Shown piece after piece: positions 29,129 through 36,900 of a DNA stretch of 64,000 bases (within the stretch, counting starts at the first letter, position 1; every line of letters starts with the position of its first letter). The position numbers and the translations under genes were made by a program. The DNA lies in NCBI GenBank assembly GCA_032654565.1, contig JAULAX010000010.1, forward strand, positions 128,001 through 192,000. Reading direction: 5' to 3'. This stretch comes from Anaeromyxobacteraceae bacterium (GTDB lineage Bacteria; Myxococcota; Myxococcia; Myxococcales; Anaeromyxobacteraceae). The notes beneath the pieces are model-generated. The model saw nothing but the letters and a program-made list of their open reading frames with translations, was not told the DNA's origin and did not search any database.

Positions 29129-30232
29129 ATGGCGCGCCTGGACGCGGTCTCCAAGAAGACGGTGGGCAAGATCGAGCGGCTGGCCGAGAGCGTGATCAAG
29201 GCGGTCAAGGGGCGGAAGAACCCCTTCGTCGAGATCCCCATCCGCTCGCTGGCCAACGTCCACTTCGACAAGAAGAAGGGGGTGGTGCAGCTCGGGTCCC
29301 AGAAGCAGAAGCGCTACTTCTTCAACGTCTCGATGGCCAAGAAGTTCATGCAGACCTTCCTGGTCTCCGACGCCTGCAAGGAGCTGGTGGAGAGCGGCAA
29401 GACCACCAGCATCCGCGACCTCTACTACATCACCAAGCACACCATCGGCGACTCGAAGCAGAACACCTTCGAGGAGCAGGACGAGTCCGACCCCATCATC
29501 GAGGACCTCGAGGTCTCGCTCGACGCCCTGCGCGAGGAGCTGCACCTCTTCGCCTCCCGCAAGGGCTCGATGGTCGGCCCGGTCACCATCCGCGACACCG
29601 GCGACACCATCGATCTCAGGCGCATGGGCTCGGGCGGCTGGGCGGTGCCGTCGATCGTCGAGGAGAACGTCGTCCAGTTCGGCAAGCACGAGGCCAGGTA
29701 CATCCTGCTCATCGAGAAGGACGCCGTCTGGAGCCGCTTCAACGAGGACAAGTTCTGGAAGCGGGAGAAGTGCATCATCATCCAGGGCGGGGGCCAGCCG
29801 CCGCGCGGGGTGCGGCGCATGGTGCAGCGGCTCCACGCCGAGCTGCGCCTGCCGGTCTACGTGCTGGTCGACAACGATCCCTGGGGCTTCTACATCTACT
29901 CGGTGATGAAGCAGGGCTCCATCAACCTGGCCTACGAGTCGATGCGCATGGCGGTGCCGTCGGCCCGCTTCGTGGGGCTCTCCAGCTTCGACAAGGACAA
30001 GTACAAGCTGCCCATGAACGTGGCCATCAAGATGGACGACGGCGACGTGGCCCGGGCCAAGCAGATGCTGGCCTACCCCTGGTTCGCCGACAAACGCTGG
30101 CAGCGGGAGATCCAGGAGATGGTCCGCTCCGGGGTGAAGTTCGAGCTGGAGGCCCTCTCCCGGAGGGGCATCAGCTTCATCACCGAGGAGTACCTGCCGA
30201 AGAAGCTTCGCGACAAGGACTGGCTGGAGTAG
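29129..30232 (+). CDS. top6A: DNA topoisomerase VI subunit A (Spo11-like)
   Basis: SIRDLYY catalytic Tyr region, QDESD..IEDLE, Toprim IEKD and DNDPWG, and ELEAL. Confidence 0.95.
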   Translation: MARLDAVSKKTVGKIERLAESVIKAVKGRKNPFVEIPIRSLANVHFDKKKGVVQLGSQKQKRYFFNVSMAKKFMQTFLVSDACKELVESGKTTSIRDLYYITKHTIGDSKQNTFEEQDESDPIIEDLEVSLDALREELHLFASRKGSMVGPVTIRDTGDTIDLRRMGSGGWAVPSIVEENVVQFGKHEARYILLIEKDAVWSRFNEDKFWKREKCIIIQGGGQPPRGVRRMVQRLHAELRLPVYVLVDNDPWGFYIYSVMKQGSINLAYESMRMAVPSARFVGLSSFDKDKYKLPMNVAIKMDDGDVARAKQMLAYPWFADKRWQREIQEMVRSGVKFELEALSRRGISFITEEYLPKKLRDKDWLE

Positions 30233-30267
30233 TCTCCGGCCGCTTTTCAACCACCCAAGGAGACCGC

Positions 30268-30399
30268 ATGGCCGCCATCAAGGGCAACCGATCGAAGCGC
30301 AGCGCCTCGCACCGCAGCAAGCCGAAGCGCGCCCAGGTGAAGCGCAAGCGCGCGCTCTCCATCAAGCGCAAGCGCCGCGCCAAGAAGGGTCCCCGCTAG
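30268..30399 (+). CDS. Small highly basic protein (43 aa)
   Basis: AAGGAGA RBS, then MAAIKGNRSKRSASHRSKPKRAQVKRKRALSIKRKRRAKKGPR with host-like codon use. Confidence 0.7.
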   Translation: MAAIKGNRSKRSASHRSKPKRAQVKRKRALSIKRKRRAKKGPR

Positions 30400-30400
30400 T

Positions 30401-31105
30401 CTAGACCGGGGAGGCGACACCCCGCTCCGCCTCCAGCGCCGCCTCGGCGTCGGCCTCGGCGTCCTGTTCGACGCCGGTGCCGCCCGGGTAGTGGAGCGCG
30501 AGGCAGAGCGGGCAGTAGGCGAAGCGGGTGTCGGCGCTGGGCTGCAGGAGCAGGGCCACGCTCAGGTCCCACTCGGTCGGCTCCTCGGGCCGCTCGACGC
30601 GCCGGCAGCAGCTGCACTGGACGATCCCCTGCGGGCCGCGCCAGCGCTCCGGCCCCCCCTCCACCGGCGGGTAGACGTCGGCCAGCGGCCGCTCACGCAC
30701 GGTGCGGTGGACGATGGCCAGGCTGGTCACCTCGCCGCCGGGGCCGGCCAGCGGCGTCAGCTCGGTGGCCACCAGCCGCGCCAGCTCCGGGGTGTTCGAC
30801 TCGTTGAGCTGGACCACGGCGCCGTCGGACCCGGCGCCGAGTCGCCGCGCCGCCCGCTCCAGCAGCAGCCGGTGGAGCCGCCGCGGCTCCTCCCCGGAGA
30901 TCTGGTCGAACCAGCGCGTCCCGGTGAGGCCGCGCGCCGTCACCAGGTCGTCGCCGCCGTTGGCCCGGGCGAACCGCTCCCACGCCTCGTTGACGAAGAG
31001 GATGACGCCGCGCCGATCGAGGAGCAGGGCCGGCTCGACTCGCCGGGCCACCAGCCGGATCTCGTCGGCGAAGGGGACCGCGGCGTGGAGGGGACGAGCT
31101 GCCAT
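30401..31105 (-). CDS. PAS-like domain protein with C-terminal Cys cluster
   Basis: LLDRRGVILFVNEAWERFARANG and a C-terminal CSCC...CPLC. Confidence 0.7.
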   Translation of the reverse strand: MAARPLHAAVPFADEIRLVARRVEPALLLDRRGVILFVNEAWERFARANGGDDLVTARGLTGTRWFDQISGEEPRRLHRLLLERAARRLGAGSDGAVVQLNESNTPELARLVATELTPLAGPGGEVTSLAIVHRTVRERPLADVYPPVEGGPERWRGPQGIVQCSCCRRVERPEEPTEWDLSVALLLQPSADTRFAYCPLCLALHYPGGTGVEQDAEADAEAALEAERGVASPV

Positions 31106-31265
31106 GCCCCTGGGTATTGCAGCCGCGATGCCAGCGCCGGCGCCTTGCAATGTCGAGGGTTTGCTCGCCGCGCCGATGACCCGGGGTGTGCCGCCGGACC
31201 GCTCCGGAGGCCCGATCCGGGGCTGTAGGTTGCGGACCTCCCTCGACCCCGGGCAACATGACGCG

Positions 31266-31787
31266 GTGACCGCCCCGCCCCAGCTCGACGCCGGACGCCG
31301 CCTCCCCGCCGCCCGGGCCAGGGACGAGGACGGGGCGGCCGTGCCGCTCCCCGGCCTGGCCGACGACGGCCCGGTGCTGCTCTTCGTCTACAAGGCCGAC
31401 TGCCCCGCCACCGCGCTGGCCGGCCCGGTGCTGCCGCGCTTCGCCCGCCTCCCCGGGTTGGCGCTGGTGGCCATCTCGCAGGACGACGAGGCCGACACCG
31501 CCGGCTTCGCCGAGGCCTGCGGCTGGGCGGGGGCGGTGCGGGTGCTGCGCGACCCCGAGCCGTGGCGCGCCTCCGACGCGCTCGGCGCCCGGGTGACGCC
31601 GACGTGGGTGCTGGTGGAGCGGGGCGGGCGGATCGCCGCGGCGGCGGAGGGGTGGAGTCGCGACGACGTCAACGGGCTGGCGGCGGCGGCGGCGGCGCTG
31701 CTCGGCCTGCCAGCCCTGGCGGTGTCGGTCGAGGGGGGCGCCGAGCCGGCCTGGCGCCCCGGTTGAAGCTCGCGCAACGCGGCGTAG
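31266..31787 (+). CDS. Thioredoxin-fold (AhpC/TlpA-like) protein, probable selenoprotein (UGA 31764-31766 = Sec)
   Basis: LLFVYKADCPAT, AISQD and VTPT (cis-Pro). The C-terminus reads RPG-UGA-SSRNAA-TAG, with a downstream SECIS-like hairpin. Confidence 0.75.
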
Positions 31788-31797
31788 GTGACGCCGC
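31779..31797 (+). promoter_or_regulatory. Putative bacterial SECIS hairpin
   Basis: GCGGCGT-AGGTG-ACGCCGC forms a perfect 7-bp stem with a G-containing loop that starts 19 nt after the UGA. Confidence 0.65.
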
Positions 31798-31828
31798 ACC
31801 GGACCACCAGCCAGGCGAAGGGCGAGGG

Positions 31829-32659
31829 CTACAGGCTCGCCTGGAGCGCCAGCCGCCGGGTGGCGCGCGGGGCGCCGAAGTACGGGGCGCAGCGCTCCAG
31901 GAAGCCGGAGAGCGAGGCCAGCTCGCCCGGGGAGAGGCGGGTCGCCAGCAGCCCCGGCAGCCGCGCCTGCGCCGAGGCGGCGCTCTCCTCGTAGCCGTCG
32001 AGCGTGAGCGAGCCGTCCAGCAGCCGGTGGCGCAGCCAGAGCAGCCAGGTCTGGACCACGTCGGTCATGCAGTAGGCGCCGATCCGGTCGTGGGCCCCGG
32101 CGGCGTAGAGGGCGCCGACGTCCTCCCCGGCCACGTCCACCTTGCCGGGCAGGCCGACCAGCTTGGCGTAGAGGTCGAGCGGCGCCGCGCCGCCCGAGCC
32201 GGCGCCGGCCAGCAGCTCCTTGACGTCGACGTGGGCGGTGGAGCCGGCCCGGCGGGCCTCGGCGAACCAGGCCGGCGCCGGCACCCGCAGCTTGAGCGAG
32301 CGGAGCGCCAGCACCGGGAGGTCGAAGCCGCCGCCGTGGAAGGTGATGACGGTGGCGCCGTCGAGCCGGGCCCAGAGCCGCTCCAGGAAGCGGGCCTCCG
32401 GCTCCTGCTGGTCGGTCCAGCAGGCGGCGTCGGTCAGCGTCACCAGGCCGCGCTCCTCGACCGCCTCGAGCAGGCAGGCGGCCACCGGGCGGTGGAAGGG
32501 GAGGGGGAGGAAGTCGCTGCGGCCGCCGGTGCGGGCCCGCCGGTCGGCGACCACCCGCTGCAGCTGCTCGGCGTAGCTGACGCCGCCATGGCGGCCGACC
32601 GAGGCTACCAGCTCCTCGTCGGGGACCGTCTCCAGGTCGATGGTCACGTACCGCCGCAC
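31829..32659 (-). CDS. 3'-5' exonuclease (DEDD, PolB-exo-related)
   Basis: IDLETVPD, TFHGGGFDLPVL, HVDV and YCMTDV. Confidence 0.85.
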   Translation of the reverse strand: MRRYVTIDLETVPDEELVASVGRHGGVSYAEQLQRVVADRRARTGGRSDFLPLPFHRPVAACLLEAVEERGLVTLTDAACWTDQQEPEARFLERLWARLDGATVITFHGGGFDLPVLALRSLKLRVPAPAWFAEARRAGSTAHVDVKELLAGAGSGGAAPLDLYAKLVGLPGKVDVAGEDVGALYAAGAHDRIGAYCMTDVVQTWLLWLRHRLLDGSLTLDGYEESAASAQARLPGLLATRLSPGELASLSGFLERCAPYFGAPRATRRLALQASL

Positions 32660-32719
32660 ACCCGAAGTGTTGCAGGGCGGTCTGACACCGGGGCACGCCG
32701 GCGCGCGCGGTGCGGGGCG

Positions 32720-33835
32720 CTAGCGGGGGAAGGACCGGGGCGGCCGGTCCTCGAACCCCTCACCGTCGAGGGCGCCGAGGAAGGCCACCAGCGCGTCCAC
32801 CTCGGCGGCGGAGAGCGGGATGGGCTTCGACAGCTCGGAGAGCCACGGGTTGGGGATCCCGCCCAGCCGGTAGTGCGCCACTGCGTCGCGCAGCGTCGCC
32901 AGCGAGCCGTCGTGCATGTACGGGGCGCGGCGGGAGACCTCGCGGAGCGTCGGCGTCTTGAAGGCCCCGGTGTCGCGCCGGTCACCGGTCACCGCGGCGC
33001 GCCCCGGGTCGGCGAAGCCGCTCTCCAGCGGCGCGCCCGGGGGCGGCGAGCGCCAGCCGGCGCCGAGGTTGTGGAAGCGGGAGTCGGTGTAGTTGGGGCC
33101 GAGGTGGCACTTGTTGCAGCCGGCCCGGCCGAAGAAGAGGTCGCGCCCCTGGCGCTGCACCGGCGTCAGGGCCGCCTCGTCGCCGGCGTCGAACCGGTCG
33201 GCGGCCGAGTTGCCGGAGAGGCGCGTCGCCTCGTAGGCGGCCAGCGCCTCGGCGATCCGGTCGATGTCGAGCCGGTCGTCCCCGGAGGCGGCGGCGAAGG
33301 CGCGCCGGTAGCCGGGGCGGGCGGCCACGGTGGCCACCACGGCCTCGAGCGGCATGGCCATCTCGATGGGGTTGGCCAGCGGTCCCTTGGCCTGCTCGGC
33401 CAGGCTGGCGGCGCGACCGTCCCAGAACCAGGCCGGGTAGATGGGCCAGGCGGCGTTGAGGATGGGGGGCGCCTTGCGGTTCCCATGCTGGCCGCGGACG
33501 CCGGTGGAGGTGGCGGTCGGCTCGGAGTAGCCGTGGGCGGACCGGTGGCAGGTGGCACAGGAGACGGTGCCGTCGGCCGAGAGGCGCGGATCGTGGAAGA
33601 GCCAGCGACCGAGCCGGACCTTCTCCGGCGTCACCCAGGGCACCGCCGCGAAGTCGGCCGGGCTGCCGAGCGGCGGGACCGGGAGCGGGCGGACCGGGTT
33701 GTCCAGCTCCCAGGCCGGCGTCGGGCCGTCGGGGGCGGTGGCCAGCGGGGGCGCCGGCGCCACCCGGCAGCCGGCGGCGAGCAGCGCGGCCAGCAGCAGG
33801 TGGGGGGTGGCGGAGATGGATCGAGGTGGGCGCAC
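32720..33835 (-). CDS. Di-heme cytochrome c peroxidase (CcpA/MauG family), lipoprotein
   Basis: LFHDPRLS..GTVSCATCH, FWDGRA, CNKCH, FKTPTLR and PYMHDG. Confidence 0.92.
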   Translation of the reverse strand: MRPPRSISATPHLLLAALLAAGCRVAPAPPLATAPDGPTPAWELDNPVRPLPVPPLGSPADFAAVPWVTPEKVRLGRWLFHDPRLSADGTVSCATCHRSAHGYSEPTATSTGVRGQHGNRKAPPILNAAWPIYPAWFWDGRAASLAEQAKGPLANPIEMAMPLEAVVATVAARPGYRRAFAAASGDDRLDIDRIAEALAAYEATRLSGNSAADRFDAGDEAALTPVQRQGRDLFFGRAGCNKCHLGPNYTDSRFHNLGAGWRSPPPGAPLESGFADPGRAAVTGDRRDTGAFKTPTLREVSRRAPYMHDGSLATLRDAVAHYRLGGIPNPWLSELSKPIPLSAAEVDALVAFLGALDGEGFEDRPPRSFPR

Positions 33836-33955
33836 GCTGGTCGTGGCTACCGCGCGGCGGGCGACCGGTCAACCGGCACCCGACGGTGGCCGGAAACGAC
33901 GAGGCCGGCGAGGAATGCTCGCCGGCCCCGGGGGTGGATCAGGTGAGAGGGAGGG

Positions 33956-36900
33956 TTACCAGGCCTCGGCGGAAGTGAAGCCGCTGTGCTCGCCGCAAGA
34001 GGACTTGAAGTTGGTGTCCACCGTGTAGGCGTCCTTGGTCCCCTTGGTGAAGCCGGCCATGTTGACCGTGCCCAGCTTGTACCGGGCCGGGGCGTTGGTG
34101 GTGACGATGAGCCGGCTCACCTTGCCACCGTGCGGCACGCGGATGTGACAGCCGGTGCAGGAGGGGACGGTGGCGTTGCCGCCGTGCTGGCCGCCCACCA
34201 GGTCGCCGTCCCGGTGGATGGCGTTCGAGGCCGCGCTGTTCATGACCGGGTGGCAGTTGCGGCAGAAGAGGCCGTTGGTGGTGCCGATGCCGGTCTCCGA
34301 GGTGGTCAGCTTGAAGAGCGTGCCGGTGGTGGCGCCGGCCACGGTGTAGGGCCAGGCCTTGTTGGCGCCGGCGAGCATGAAGCGGACCGCCGAGCCGTGC
34401 GGCCCCTGCACCGCCGGGGCGGCGGCGTCGGTGTTGTGGCAGTCGGTGCAGAGCATGGTCTGGGTGCCGACGTTGACGTTCCAGGGGGTCAGCAGCTGGC
34501 TGGCCACCAGCGCCTTGGGGGCGGTGCTGCCGGTGTAGCTGTTGAGGCCGACCACCACCGGGTGGCCGGAGCGGTTGGTGGGGCTGAACTCCGACCCCAG
34601 GTCGGTCTGCTTCATCCCGGAGGCCCCGGTGGCCGGCGCCGTCGGGTAGGTGGCCCCGAAGGCGTAGGAGGTGTGGCACTTGAAGCAGACCTGGTACTCC
34701 AGCGTCGCCGCCACCGGGCTGGCCCCGTAGTTGGCGGCGGTGGTCTGCATGACGCAGGCGGTGGGCACGTCGACGCCGGTCCCGCAGGCGGTGGTCACCA
34801 GCGTCGGGTAGGTCGGCCCGTAGGTGATGCCGGTGGCCCCCAGCAGCGGGCTGCCGGCCGGGATCTGGTTGCGCGTCGCCGTGGCGGTGGCGGTGCGGAC
34901 CACCTTGGTCGGCCCGGCCGCGTGCGGCCCGTGGCAGTCGATGCAGTTGGCGTGGCGGTTGGCGCCGCTGAAGCGCCCGCTGGCGAAGGTGGCGGCCGCC
35001 TCCAGCGTGGTGTCGTGGGTGTTGCTGGCGCTGGCCGGGTGGTTGAAGGCCGCCGCCACCCGCGTCGCCACGTCCTTGTTGGACAGGTTGGCGCCGATGG
35101 TGGCGCTGCCGTGGCAGTTGTAGCAGATGAAGGTGGCCGGCGAGGCGCCGGGGTTCTTGGTGCCGGCCAGCAGGTCGGGGTTGGCCTGGCCGTGGACGGC
35201 GGTGAGCCCGCTGCCGGAGGAGGCCGGCGTGGTCCCCTCGGCGCTGCTGGCGTGGCACTTGGTGCAGTTGCGCAGGAAGAGGCTGCCGTCGTGGAGCGCG
35301 TAGCTCCAGGTGACGGCCGGCGTGGTGGTGGAGGTGAAGTCGTGCGCCGAGGCGCCGAAGACCACGTCGGTGATGACCGGTCCACCCGCGGTGATGGGCT
35401 TGGCGTGGCACTTGGTGCACATGCCGGTGTTGGTGGCCGTGTCGAAGTCGGTGGCCACCCGGGTGGTGCTGGTGGCGCTGCCGGCGCTCCGGCTGGTGGC
35501 GCTGGAGGGGTCGGCGACCAGGTTGTACTGGTGGGTGGTGGTGGCCGGCGTGGTCAGCGTGTGCGGGTGATCGGAGTGGCACATGTTGACGCAGCTGCGC
35601 TGCGCCGGGAGCACCGACGACAGCGTGGCGGCCGCGCCCCAGGCGCCGCCCGAGTCGGTGGCGGTGTCGGTCCAGCCCACCAGCGAGTGCTTGCTGGCGG
35701 CGCCGGTCATCAGGGCCACGGTGCCGGAGTGGCAGCCGGTGCAGGCGCTGCCGCCGGTCGACTCGCCGCCGCCCTCCAGCTGGCCGTTGAGGTGGGTGGC
35801 GGCGTTCACCGCGGTGATGGTGCTGGCGGAGGTGGGCGCCGTGGCGGTGTAGCCGGGGTGGCACGATCCGCAGAGGGCGTTGGCCGGGTGCGAGGCGGTC
35901 AGGGGCGGCAGGCCGTGGCAGGAGCCGCACTGGGCCTGGGTGGTGGCCCCGATCCAGGACGGGGCGTTGACCTGGGGGACGCTGGTCTGCGTGTCCGTGC
36001 TCTTGGGGTCGTGGCAGTAGGTGCTGGAGCAGGTCGGGCTGGTGTAGGTGGCCGTCTTGGTCTCGAAGGCGGTGCTCTGGGCCACGTTGCCGAAGGCCAG
36101 GGTGGCGCGGGCGCCGCCGGTGCCGCCGCCGGTGGCGTGGGAGGTGTCACCGTTGGTGAGCGGCAGCCCGTGGCACTCGGTGCAGGCGATGGGCGTGGAG
36201 CGCCAGCGCGGGGTCCCGCCGGCGCCGACCAGGTGGGCCAGGTGGGCGCCCACGGCGCCGCCGGTGAGGGCCCCGGTGGTGTCGGCGCTGGTGGCGGCGT
36301 TGCCGACGCCGGGGGCGGCGCTGGCGGTGCTGGCGGTGAGCGTCACCGCGGTGTTGGAGCGGTCGCCGTGGCAGGCGGTGCAGCCGGCGGTGATCCCGGT
36401 GGTGAGGCCGTCCACGTGGGTGGCCGCGGCCACCGCGCCCACCGCGTAGCCGGCGCCGTGGCAGTTGGCGCAGGCGGTGTTCTGCGGGTGCGGGTAGGTG
36501 GGCTGCGGCGCCGCCGCGGTGGCCTGGCCGTGGCAGGCGTTGCAGGCCAGCTTGCCGGCGCTGTTCCAGGAGATGCTGTTGCCCGGCTTGCCGCCGGCGA
36601 ACTGGCCGTGGCAGTAGGTGCTGGCGCAGGTCTGGGTGGCCTGGTCATAGGCGGCGGGCGCGGCGCTGGCGGCGACCGCCAGGTTGCCGAAGGCCACCGG
36701 GCTGACCGGGTAGGTGTGCGGCGCGGAGGTGTAGAGCATGCCGGTGTGGCAGTTGGCGCAGAGCAGCGGCTTGGAGAGGAAGCCGGGCGCCGCGGTGTCG
36801 CCCTGGAAGACGTGGGCCAGGTGGGCGCCCACGGCGTTGATGCCGGTGTAGGCGACCGGCGGGGCGGCCGCCAGCAGCGGATCGGCGCCGGCCAGGGTGC

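Noticed and set aside
20307..32659. Defence island made of the MTase, Topo VI and exonuclease
   Set aside because: The genes are interspersed with housekeeping genes (queG, ygfZ, htpX), are not co-operonic, and have host-like composition.
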